The position numbers and the translations under genes are program-made. DNA of 64,000 bases from Corallococcus coralloides (lineage in GTDB: Bacteria; Myxococcota; Myxococcia; Myxococcales; Myxococcaceae), in the NCBI RefSeq assembly GCF_004104415.1, contig NZ_CP034669.1. The stretch is one strand, 5' to 3'. Below, piece by piece: positions 36,921 through 45,677 of this stretch. Positions within the stretch are counted from its first letter, which is position 1, and each line of letters begins with the position of its first letter. The notes under the pieces were generated by a model. The model was given only the letters and a program-made list of their open reading frames with translations. It was not told where the DNA came from and did no database searches.

Positions 36921-37850
36921 ATGGCCATGCGTCTCCGGAGCTGCGGCGCCCTTTTGCTTCTGCTCGTTTTCTCGGCCTGCGCCACGACGGAGCCACGCCC
37001 CAGGGCGTCAGCGGCCCGCGGTAAGAGGGCTGCCAACCTCCAACGAGCAGCGGCGCTACCCTGGAAGGATGATGGGCGGTGCGTTGTCCGCGAGGCGTCC
37101 CAGCCCTGGCCCGTGCTGGTCGAGCGGTGCTACCCGGCACTCGACCATGACCGGGTCGAGTTCCGCGACACCACGGGAAGATGCACGGTCGCCTCCGCTG
37201 CCGCCGCGACCGTGGGAATCGGGTTCTGCGTGCTGGCGGCCCCTGAAATCGCCGTGGGAGCCGTCATCGTCCTGGGCGTGGTGGTGGTCGGTGTCGCCAT
37301 CCAGGAGGAATGGGACGCATATGAACTGCGCCACCACTACCCCGAGGAAGCTGGGACCTCACGAGGGACGAAGGTTGCGTCCCGAGACGCTGTAACGAAG
37401 CCGAAGCCCAAGCTGGAACCGGAGCCAGCGGGCCAGGGCCGGCAGCCCCCAGTGCCGCCTGTGCCCGTGGACTGGACGGGCCGCGCCAGTTGCGAGCCTG
37501 TTCCCGTGCCTCACGCGGGCGAAGATGATCCCCATAACGAGTGTGCCGATAAGTTTCCTCCCAACCGTTATCCAGGGATGGACGTACTTGTGGGCGGTGT
37601 ACGCTTCGATGCGCTGCAAGTCGGCGTGCGCAAACTGTGGGAGATCAAGACCCACCAATTCGATTCATATAACGCCTTTGTCCAGGATCAGGAGATTGCG
37701 AAGGAAGTGATACAACTGAAGAAGGAGCGAGCTGCCGCAGCGGCATGTGGATACGACTTCGTCGTGGGGGTGAGTACCCAAGCGCATAAAGACGCGCTAC
37801 GCGAAGAAGTTCCCGCGATCGATGTCGTCGTTACGGGGTGTGCACGATGA
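36921..37850 (+). CDS. lipoprotein polymorphic toxin, PD-(D/E)xK-like C-terminus (copy 3)
   Basis: 309 aa, with a third variant of the C-terminal tail (…YNAFVQDQEIAKEVIQLKKERAAAAACGYDFVVGVSTQAHKDALREEVPAIDVVVTGCAR). Confidence 0.8.
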   Translation: MAMRLRSCGALLLLLVFSACATTEPRPRASAARGKRAANLQRAAALPWKDDGRCVVREASQPWPVLVERCYPALDHDRVEFRDTTGRCTVASAAAATVGIGFCVLAAPEIAVGAVIVLGVVVVGVAIQEEWDAYELRHHYPEEAGTSRGTKVASRDAVTKPKPKLEPEPAGQGRQPPVPPVPVDWTGRASCEPVPVPHAGEDDPHNECADKFPPNRYPGMDVLVGGVRFDALQVGVRKLWEIKTHQFDSYNAFVQDQEIAKEVIQLKKERAAAAACGYDFVVGVSTQAHKDALREEVPAIDVVVTGCAR

Positions 37851-38608
37851 CCAGGCGGAGAGCCCTTACCCTTATCGTCTACGCGCCTGCGCTCATGGGT
37901 AACAACAGCCGCACAGTCGCCGTCGTCCATGGGATGGAGAAAGCGTTCCCCGGCCTACGCCTGGAGTGGAAACTAGATGAAGGCGGGCGCCCCATTGCAT
38001 TGCCACAGCGCGATGCATGGCTCTTGGCGAGCAACAAGGACGGTGGATTCCCAATCGTGTGCAACGGCGATGAGAGTTACCCCGTGACGGTCTGGGGAAT
38101 GGAAAGCTCAGGCATCCTCAGCCCAGGCGGTCAGGCCCAGTTTGAAGTCCACGCAAAGCTGCCCTTGGACGAGCCTGTAATCGCGGCAGCGGCGGCTCTG
38201 CTTGAGGCCGTGGCGGAGGGGGCACGTTCATTCTGGGGGCACGCGTCGCCGTACGGCTACGGCTCGGAAGTCGCGCAGCAGTTTCGCCGATCACCGGACG
38301 GACCTGAGCGTTCCCCTCGTGGGCTTCCCATGCTCAAGCTTCCAGAGACACTCCCAGCGCCTGAGATTCCCTGTTTCCTCGGGTGGCTGAACTATTGGTC
38401 CGCGGCAGCCGCGGAGGTCATCGGGTTCCCGGATCCTGCTCGTGATGACGAACTGCTCTCGCGGGCACGCCGCACTCCGTCGGGCGGGTGGATCGTGCAG
38501 CTCACGGAGACTCCGCTCGATTACGACAACCCCGTGCACTTGGACGCGCTCAAGCGGGCCTACGAACGCTTTCCAGCAATCGGCGGGCGCACAGCGCCTT
38601 TGCCCTGA
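37847..38608 (+). CDS. cognate immunity-like protein (copy 3)
   Basis: ATGA overlap. N-terminal variant (MTRRRALTLIVYAPALMGNNSRTVAVVHGMEKAFPGLRLEWKL...). Confidence 0.75.
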   Translation: MTRRRALTLIVYAPALMGNNSRTVAVVHGMEKAFPGLRLEWKLDEGGRPIALPQRDAWLLASNKDGGFPIVCNGDESYPVTVWGMESSGILSPGGQAQFEVHAKLPLDEPVIAAAAALLEAVAEGARSFWGHASPYGYGSEVAQQFRRSPDGPERSPRGLPMLKLPETLPAPEIPCFLGWLNYWSAAAAEVIGFPDPARDDELLSRARRTPSGGWIVQLTETPLDYDNPVHLDALKRAYERFPAIGGRTAPLP

Positions 38609-38614
38609 AACAGG

Positions 38615-38650
38615 ACAGCCGCCCGTCACCTCTCCGGCGCGGGCGGCTGT
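38615..38650. terminator. GC-rich hairpin between convergent genes (bidirectional terminator candidate)
   Basis: ACAGCCGCCCG-x14-CGGGCGGCTGT is an 11-bp stem, located between the immunity copy 3 stop (38608) and the rdgC 3' end (38667). Confidence 0.45.
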
Positions 38651-38666
38651 TCCATCAATCTCCCAC

Positions 38667-39993
38667 TCAGCCCCGGGCAGCGCGGGCGTCACGGCCCTTG
38701 GCGCGGGCGGCCTTGGAGAGCAGGTCGCTCCCCTTCTCCTCGCCCTTCATCCACGCCTTCAGCGCGGGCACCACCTGCTTGCTCCAGGCGCGTCCGGCGC
38801 GCACGGCCAGGAAGTCCTGCACCAGCGCGTCCACGATGGCGGAGAGCTGCTCGGTCAACTCCAGACGCTCGGAGAGCTGATCATCCTCTTCCTCCGTCAT
38901 GAGCGCGGGCAGCTTGGCGGCGCGAATGTCCAGGAACTCGGAATCCAGCGTGACTTCGTATTCGCGCTCGCCGTGCGAGATGCGCAGCCGCGCCTGGGAC
39001 ACCAGCAGGCCCCGGTCCAGCGAGTGGCGCACGTTCTCCGAATACGGCGCCAGCGTGCCCTTGGCGCTCATCTCCGTGACGTCGCCGGCCACGCCGCGCA
39101 GCACCACCTTGCCCAGGTAGAGCACCACGACGCCCGCGCCGTCGTGCTCGACCAGCGGGTCGCCCGACTCCGAGCGCCACAACAGCCAGGTCATGAACTC
39201 GCGGCCCAGGTAGGCCCGGCCGCGCAAGAGCTGTTCGCGCGCCTTGCCCTTTTCGACTTCGGCTTCGTCCTTCTCCTCCTCCGTGGCGGCACCATCCACG
39301 CCGACATCGCCCCGGGCGAACGCCGCCTCTTCCCTCGCCTGCTCACGCCTCGCCATGGGTGTCCTCCACCGAAGCCGTCGCCGGCAGGTCCATGCCAATG
39401 AGCTCCGCCGTGGGGCCCAGGGCCTTCTCGTCGATGCCCGCGCGCTGCGCCATGGACGCGGGCGTGATGCCAATCACCTTCACCGCGAGGGCGCCTTCCA
39501 GCGCCACGCAGATCTCATCCACCGTCTTGCGCGACGCGGCCCAGACCTGCACCGTGTGCGTCTTCAGGTTCCACGTCACGTCCAGCGTGCTGGTGCGCGG
39601 CACCGCGCGCTGACGCAACAGCTGCTTGAGCTCCGCGCGCTGCTTGTTCTTCTCCGCGCGCGCGGGCGGCCGGCCGTTCTCCTTGCCGAAGGCGGCGGCC
39701 CACTTGTCCAGCTCCGACTTCATCATCGACGCGGGCACCTTCAGCGTGTCGATGCGGAAGGAGAACAGGGCGTACTCGCCATAGAAGAGGTTGCCGGTGG
39801 CGAACTCGGAGGACTCCGGGTTCTCCAGCTCGACAAACCCTGCGGCGCGCTCCTCCTCGGAGCGGCGGTCGATGGGCTCGAACGCATGGGACTTGAGTCC
39901 CTTGGTCATCCAGCGCTTCACGTCGGACGGCGCATCCTTGGCCGGCTCGGTCCGGAAGCGCGAAAAGGTCACGGCACCACGTAGGACAGGCAT
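38667..39993 (-). pseudogene. rdgC: recombination-associated protein RdgC homologue, split into two overlapping frames
   Basis: The N-terminal two-thirds (39343..39993, MPVLRGAVTFSRFR...ELKQLLRQRAVPRTSTLDVTWNLKTHTVQVWAASRKTVDEICVALEGAL) and the C-terminal third (38667..39356, ...MTWLLWRSESGDPLVEHDG...LSERLELTEQLSAIVDALVQDFL) each align with consecutive parts of RdgC. They lie in different frames and overlap at 39343-39356. Confidence 0.6.
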
Positions 39994-40144
39994 GGGGCGC
40001 GGCAGGATGGGGGTCCTGTGGCGTCGCGTCAAGGCACTCGGTGTGGCTGGACGTGAAGCGCCGGGAATAGCCCCCGCCGAAAGCCGTTTGCCCGGGCGCC
40101 GTCCAACCGTGCACTTCTTCCGCCCCACCCGCTGGCGGGAATCC

Positions 40145-41671
40145 ATGACACTCCCAGGCACGCGACATACGGTGGCCGCCGCCATGCGCCGCGCCCTCCT
40201 TCCCGCCAGCGTCGTTGCCCTCTTCCTGTCCGCCTGCACCCACACGGCCGCCACGCCGGACGGCGCCCCGCGCGACACCCTGCCCGGGGTGACGAAGGCC
40301 CTGCTGGAGACCCTGGAGGCGGACGGCGCGCTCGCGGGCGCGTACGTGGTGGACGCGCGCACCGGCGAGCCCCTCTTCACCCACCGCGAGAACGTGCGGC
40401 TGCTGCCCGCGTCCACCATGAAGGTGGTGTCCACGTCCGCCGTGCTGTCCGCGCTGGGCGCGGACTTCCGCTTCACCACGCCGGTGTTCCTGGAGGGCTC
40501 GCAGGCGGGAGGCCTGTTCCTGGGCGACGTGGTGGCGCAGGCGTCCGGGGACCCGTCGCTGGGCTCGTGGCGCTTCCCGGAGACGGCGCTCGCGTGCGAC
40601 CGCATCGCGGAGGCCTTCCAGGCGCGCGGCATCCACCAGTGGCGCGGCAACGTGCGCATCTCCGGCACGGACGGCCTGGACGGCGGCATGGGCCCGGGCT
40701 GGGCCTGGGATGACGCGGCCTATGCCTACAGCGCGGCGCCCACGCCCTTCGTCTTCCGCGAGAACGTGGTGGACCTGGCGCTGGCGCGCGCCCCCGGCGC
40801 CACCTGCGCGGACGCGCCCTCCGTCCAGTGGACGCCCACCTTCGCCACGCTGTCCGCGGTGGTGAACGTGGACGTCAACGCCGAGCGCGCGAACCTGGCC
40901 TGCGTGCGCGGAGGCGGCGGAGTGCGCTGCACGTGGCGCTCGCCCACGGGCGGGCCGTGCCCCCAGGCCGCCGCGGTGAAGCTGTCCGTGGACGCGCCGG
41001 AGGCCCTCTTCGCCGCGTGCGTGGACGACGCGCTGGCGCGGCACGGAGTCACGCGGCTGCCGCTGTCCCTGGAGGCCCCCACCCCGCCCCTGCCCCCCTT
41101 GCCGTCACCGCTGGTGGAGCTGACCAGCCCGCCCCTGTCGGAGCTGGTGCGCGTGACGAACAAGGAGAGCCTCAACCTGTACGCGGAGCGGCTGGGCATG
41201 CGCTTCGCTCGCGAGCGCACCGGCCAGGAGGGCTACACCGCGCTGCGCACGGCCCTGGTGGCGGAGCTGGCGCGCCGGGGCGTGCCCACCAAGGACCTGC
41301 GTCCCGTGGATGGCAGCGGCCTGTCCCGCTACAACCTGGCGTCGCCCCGGGGCATGGCGCGCGTGCTGCTCACCAGCCTCCAGGAGCCGTATGGCGCCGC
41401 GCTGGTGGACAGCCTGCCGGTGCTGGGCGTGGACGGGACGCTGGCGGGCCGCAAGACGAAGCCGTCCACCGCGGGCCGCATCCGCGCGAAGACGGGCACG
41501 CTCACGGGCCAGAAGTGCTTCGTGGGCGTGGCGGAGCGGCCCAATGACACGGAGCACCCGCGCGTCGTCTTCGCGCTGATGCTCGGCAACATGGACGAGG
41601 GCACGAAGCCCAACGCCAACGAGACCTTCGACACCTTCTCCACCGCCCTGGTGGAGCTGCCCCTGCGATGA
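40145..41671 (+). CDS. dacB: D-Ala-D-Ala carboxypeptidase/endopeptidase, PBP4 family (peptidase S13)
   Basis: Active-site LLPASTMKVVSTSAVL (SxxK), a later SGL-like motif and a KTG triad (RAKTGTLTG). The signal/lipoprotein-like N-terminus MTLPGTRHTVAAAMRRALLPASVVALFLSAC is at Met codon 118 of the track ORF. Confidence 0.88.
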   Translation: MTLPGTRHTVAAAMRRALLPASVVALFLSACTHTAATPDGAPRDTLPGVTKALLETLEADGALAGAYVVDARTGEPLFTHRENVRLLPASTMKVVSTSAVLSALGADFRFTTPVFLEGSQAGGLFLGDVVAQASGDPSLGSWRFPETALACDRIAEAFQARGIHQWRGNVRISGTDGLDGGMGPGWAWDDAAYAYSAAPTPFVFRENVVDLALARAPGATCADAPSVQWTPTFATLSAVVNVDVNAERANLACVRGGGGVRCTWRSPTGGPCPQAAAVKLSVDAPEALFAACVDDALARHGVTRLPLSLEAPTPPLPPLPSPLVELTSPPLSELVRVTNKESLNLYAERLGMRFARERTGQEGYTALRTALVAELARRGVPTKDLRPVDGSGLSRYNLASPRGMARVLLTSLQEPYGAALVDSLPVLGVDGTLAGRKTKPSTAGRIRAKTGTLTGQKCFVGVAERPNDTEHPRVVFALMLGNMDEGTKPNANETFDTFSTALVELPLR

Positions 41672-41708
41672 GCGTCCCGCAGGGGAACACCCGCATGCGA
41701 GGTGAACC

Positions 41709-43889
41709 ATGAAGTCCAGAATCGCAGTCACGGCCGCCGCGCTGCTGTTGCCGCTCGTGTCCACAGCCGCGGGGAAGGCTCCCGCGAAGCCCGCCGCGGC
41801 GGAAAAGCAGCCCGTGGAGAACACCTACCACGGCACCACCGTGGCGGACCCGTACCAGTGGATGGAGTCCGCGACGGATCCGAAGGTGCAGCAGTGGACC
41901 GACGCGCAGAACGCCTTCACGCGCACGTACCTGGACAAGCTCCCGGGCCGCGAGCCCCTGCGCCAGCGCATCACGGAGCTGTTGTCCTGGAAGTCGCCCT
42001 CCTACGGCGCCCTGGACGAACAGGGCGGCACGCTCCTGGGGCTGAAGTTCCAGCCGCCCAAGCAGCAGCCCACGCTCATCGTGGTGGGCTCGCTGGACGA
42101 CACGTCGAAGGAGCGCGTGCTGGTGGACCCCACGGTCGTGGACACGTCCGGCAAGACGACCATCGACTGGTTCCAGCTGTCGCACGACGGCAAGAAGGTC
42201 GCCGTGTCCATGTCCAAGGGCGGCACGGAGAGCGGTGACGTCAGCGTGTGGGACGTGGCCACGGCGAAGGCGATGGCCAACGAGCGGGTTCCGCGCGTCA
42301 ACGGCGGCACGGCGGGCGGCAGCCTCGCGTGGAACGCGAAGGGCACGGGCTTCTTCTACACGCGCTACCCGCGCGGCGAGGAGCGCCCGCCCGTGGACCG
42401 CGAGGTGTACCAGCAGGTGTACTTCCACGCGCTGGGCACGCCCACGGAGAAGGACACGTACGCGCTGGGCAAGGACTTCCCGCGCATCGCGATGACGGAC
42501 CTGGAGTCCAGCGACGACGGCCAGTACACCTTCGCGCGCGTGGCCAACGGCGACGGCGGCGAGTTCGACCTGTACCTGCACGGCCCCAAGGGCGCCTGGA
42601 CGCAGGTGGCGAAGTACGCGGACAAGGTGGTGTCGGCGCGCTTCGGCAGCGACGGCGCGGCGTACCTGCTCAGCCGCAAGGACGCGTCGAAGGGCAAGGT
42701 GCTGCGCCTGCCGCTGGCCACGCCCACGCTGGACAAGGCGACCGTGGTCGTCCCCGAGGGCCAGGCGACGGTGCAGGCCGTGGTGCCCACGAAGGGCCGC
42801 CTGTACCTGCTGGAGCAGCTGGGGGGCCCCTCGCAGCTGCGCATGGTGGACCTGACGGGCAAGGCGCTGGGGCTGGTGCCCACGCTGCCGGTGTCTTTCG
42901 TGGGCGGCCTGGTGCGCCAGGGCGCGGATGACGTGCTCTTCGTCAACGGCAGCTTCACCCAGCCGGCCGCGTGGTTCCGCTTCACGGCGGCGGACGGCAA
43001 GGTGACGAAGACGGCGCTGGCGCGCACGGCGCCCATCGACATGAGCGACGTGGAGGTGGTGCGCACGGAGGCCACGTCCAAGGACGGCACGAAGGTGCCG
43101 CTCTCCATCCTGAAGAAGAAGGGCACGAAGCTGAACGGGAAGAACCCCACGTGGCTCACCGGCTACGGCGGCTTCAACGTGTCCATCAACCCGGGCTACA
43201 GCCCGCTGACGGGCATGTGGCTGGAGCAGGGCGGCGTGTTCGCGGTGGCGAACCTGCGCGGCGGCTCGGAGTTCGGCGAGGAGTGGCACAAGGCCGGCTC
43301 GCTCACGAACAAGCAGAACGTGTTCGACGACTTCTACGCGTGCGCGAAGCTGCTGGTGGACCAGAAGTACACGCAGCCCAAGAAGCTGGCCATCCAGGGC
43401 GGCAGCAACGGCGGCCTGCTGATGGGCGCGGCGCTGACGCAGCACCCGGAGCAGTACGGCGCGGTGGTGGCGCGCGTGGGCATCTACGACATGCTGCGCA
43501 CGGAGCTGACGCCCAACGGCCAGTTCAACGTCACGGAGTACGGCTCGGTGAAGGACCCGGAGCAGTTCAAGGCGCTGTATGGCTATTCGCCGGTGCACCG
43601 CGTGAAGGACGGGACGAAGTACCCGCCGGTGCTCTTCACCTCCGGCGCCAACGACCCGCGCGTGGATCCGTTCCACTCGCGCAAGATGGTGGCCCGGATG
43701 CAGGCGGCCACGGCGTCCCCCAAGCCCATCCTGCTGCGCGCCAACGCGGAGACGGGCCACGGCATGGGCACGCCGCTGTCCGCGCGCATCGAGGAGGAGG
43801 TGGACGTCTACTCCTTCGTCTTCAACGAGCTGGGCATGACGTACAAGCCCAACGCGACGAAGAAGGTCACCGCGCCCGCGCCGCAGTAG
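41709..43889 (+). CDS. prolyl oligopeptidase (S9A) family serine peptidase, secreted
   Basis: Signal peptide, beta-propeller N-domain (YHGTTVADPYQWMES), and catalytic GGSNGGLL nucleophile elbow with downstream Asp/His regions. Confidence 0.92.
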   Translation: MKSRIAVTAAALLLPLVSTAAGKAPAKPAAAEKQPVENTYHGTTVADPYQWMESATDPKVQQWTDAQNAFTRTYLDKLPGREPLRQRITELLSWKSPSYGALDEQGGTLLGLKFQPPKQQPTLIVVGSLDDTSKERVLVDPTVVDTSGKTTIDWFQLSHDGKKVAVSMSKGGTESGDVSVWDVATAKAMANERVPRVNGGTAGGSLAWNAKGTGFFYTRYPRGEERPPVDREVYQQVYFHALGTPTEKDTYALGKDFPRIAMTDLESSDDGQYTFARVANGDGGEFDLYLHGPKGAWTQVAKYADKVVSARFGSDGAAYLLSRKDASKGKVLRLPLATPTLDKATVVVPEGQATVQAVVPTKGRLYLLEQLGGPSQLRMVDLTGKALGLVPTLPVSFVGGLVRQGADDVLFVNGSFTQPAAWFRFTAADGKVTKTALARTAPIDMSDVEVVRTEATSKDGTKVPLSILKKKGTKLNGKNPTWLTGYGGFNVSINPGYSPLTGMWLEQGGVFAVANLRGGSEFGEEWHKAGSLTNKQNVFDDFYACAKLLVDQKYTQPKKLAIQGGSNGGLLMGAALTQHPEQYGAVVARVGIYDMLRTELTPNGQFNVTEYGSVKDPEQFKALYGYSPVHRVKDGTKYPPVLFTSGANDPRVDPFHSRKMVARMQAATASPKPILLRANAETGHGMGTPLSARIEEEVDVYSFVFNELGMTYKPNATKKVTAPAPQ

Positions 43890-43978
43890 CCGTGCTTCTC
43901 TTCACGCCCGTCTCCAAAGCCACCCTGGCTCGGAGACGGGCGTTTCTTCTTTCAAGTTTCGTGGCAGCCTGCCGCCCC

Positions 43979-44401
43979 ATGAGCCCGCTCATCCCCTACT
44001 TCATCCTTTCGCCCCTCCTCGCGGGCGGCCTGGCCTGGTGGACGCTCACCCGTCTTGGAAAGAAGCGGAACGCACGCGCGAAGGGCTCGCTGGACGCGGT
44101 GGTGGAGAGGCTGCGTGGGCAGAAGGTGCTGGGCGCGGTGGACCTCTTCGTCCACGACGTGTCCTGGTCCGGGGAGACGGAGCTGTCGCCGCAGAACTGC
44201 CGCATCCGCGTGGTGATGGGCGGCCGGGACGCCGAGGCCATTCCCCCGCGCTTCCAGGTGGAGAGCGCGCCGGGCGCCCCCCGACCGCCCGCGGACGTGC
44301 TCGCGGCGCTGCGCGTGCTGGATGCGCAGGCGACGGAGGCCTTGAAGGGCGGCGGCTGGAGCTGGCAGCGGCCCACGGTGAGCTTCGAGCCGGTGGCGTA
44401 G
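43979..44401 (+). CDS. hypothetical small membrane protein
   Basis: MSPLIPYFILSPLLAGGLAWWTLTRL is a TM helix and the rest is non-repetitive. Internal Met at codon 336 of track ORF 42971..44401. Confidence 0.45.
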   Translation: MSPLIPYFILSPLLAGGLAWWTLTRLGKKRNARAKGSLDAVVERLRGQKVLGAVDLFVHDVSWSGETELSPQNCRIRVVMGGRDAEAIPPRFQVESAPGAPRPPADVLAALRVLDAQATEALKGGGWSWQRPTVSFEPVA

Positions 44402-44457
44402 TCCCGCGAACGCAAGGCCAGGGATTCGGATGACGGGGCGAGGAGCGCGGTGCCAGC

Positions 44458-45552
44458 ATGCGCCGCATGTCCTCGACCTTCCTCGACTCGCTCGACACGC
44501 CCGCCCCCCTCGTGGACCTGGACCGCGTGGAGCGGAACCTCCAGCGCGTCGCGGCCTATGCCCGCGAGCATGGCCTGCGCTGGCGCCCCCATACGAAGAC
44601 GCACAAGACGGCGGAGCTGGGCGCGCTGCAGGTCGCGGCGGGCGCCTCTGGCGTCACGGTGGCCACCGTCCTGGAAGCCGAGGTCATGGCGTCCGTGTCC
44701 GACGACGTGCTGCTCGCGTATCCGCCCGTGGGTGCGCGCAAGCTGGCGCGGCTGATGGCCCTGCCCTCGCGCGTGCGGCTCACCGTGGCGCTCGACTCTC
44801 ATGAGGTGCTGGAGGGGCTGGCGCGCGCGGCGCGGGACGCCGGGCGCACCGTGGGCGTGCTCGTGGAGGTGGACCTGGGCATGCGCCGCGTGGGACTGCG
44901 CACGCCGGAGGACGCCGTGGCCCTGGCTCGCTCGGCGGCGTCCACGTCCGGTGTGGTGTTTCGCGGGCTGACCTTCTACGCGGGCCACATCCGCGTCCCC
45001 CAGGCGGAGCTGCCCGCCGTGATGCAGGCCCAGTCCGATGCGGTCGCGACGTTCGTGGACGCCCTGGAGAGCGCGGGCCTGCCGCCGGAGGTGGTCAGCG
45101 GCGGCTCCACGCCGACGCTCTGGCAATCCCACGCCGTGAAGGGCCTCACGGAGATCCGCCCTGGACTCAACGTGCTGAACGACCGCAACGCCGCCGTCAT
45201 TGGCGCCTGTGATTGGACGGAATGTGCTTATTCGGTCCTGGCCACGGTGGTGAGCGCGGCCGTGCCGGGTCAGGTGGTCATCGACGCGGGAGGCAAGGCG
45301 CTGGTGAAGGAGGAAGGGCTGGCGCCGGGCTATGGCGTCCTGCTGGACCGGCCGGAGGTCGTGGTGAAGAACCTGTCGGAGGAGCACGGCCTGCTGGACG
45401 TGTCCGGCACGACGTGGCGCCCGCGCCTTGGCGACCGGGTGCGCGTGGTGCCCAACCATGTCTGTGTTTCCGTCCCGCAGCATCCGCGGCTGCACGTCGT
45501 GCGGGGCGACGTGAGCGTGGCGACGTGGGAGGTCGCGGCGCGCGGTTGGTGA
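44458..45552 (+). CDS. alanine-racemase-N-domain family PLP enzyme (D-serine dehydratase-like / D-threonine aldolase-like)
   Basis: N-terminal TIM-barrel with HTKTHKT (PLP-Lys) and a C-terminal D-serine-dehydratase-like beta domain. Confidence 0.85.
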   Translation: MRRMSSTFLDSLDTPAPLVDLDRVERNLQRVAAYAREHGLRWRPHTKTHKTAELGALQVAAGASGVTVATVLEAEVMASVSDDVLLAYPPVGARKLARLMALPSRVRLTVALDSHEVLEGLARAARDAGRTVGVLVEVDLGMRRVGLRTPEDAVALARSAASTSGVVFRGLTFYAGHIRVPQAELPAVMQAQSDAVATFVDALESAGLPPEVVSGGSTPTLWQSHAVKGLTEIRPGLNVLNDRNAAVIGACDWTECAYSVLATVVSAAVPGQVVIDAGGKALVKEEGLAPGYGVLLDRPEVVVKNLSEEHGLLDVSGTTWRPRLGDRVRVVPNHVCVSVPQHPRLHVVRGDVSVATWEVAARGW

Positions 45553-45677
45553 CAGCCCGTACCGCCCAGATGTCATCCACTGGTCTGCGCGCTGCCACTG
45601 GCAGGCAGGGATGCCGCTGACGGTGCAGTGTCTAGCATTTCGCCGGTCGCCGGAAGGACTTCCGGCCGGGAGGCGGA

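Larger units (their letters stand above)
33090..38700. repeat. three tandem direct repeats of a ~1867 bp cassette (peptide-gene tail + toxin + immunity)
   Basis: Gene starts recur with a period of 1868/1867 nt (33186, 35054, 36921 and 34112, 35980, 37847). Intergenic sequence and most coding sequence are near-identical between units. Divergence is confined to the toxin 3' end and the immunity 5' end. Confidence 0.9.

Noticed and set aside
33090-38700. Possibility that the regularly spaced repeats are a CRISPR array or IS copies.
   Set aside because: The units are 1.87 kb protein-coding cassettes, not 25-50 bp repeat-spacer structures. No transposase, terminal inverted repeats or target-site duplications were seen.
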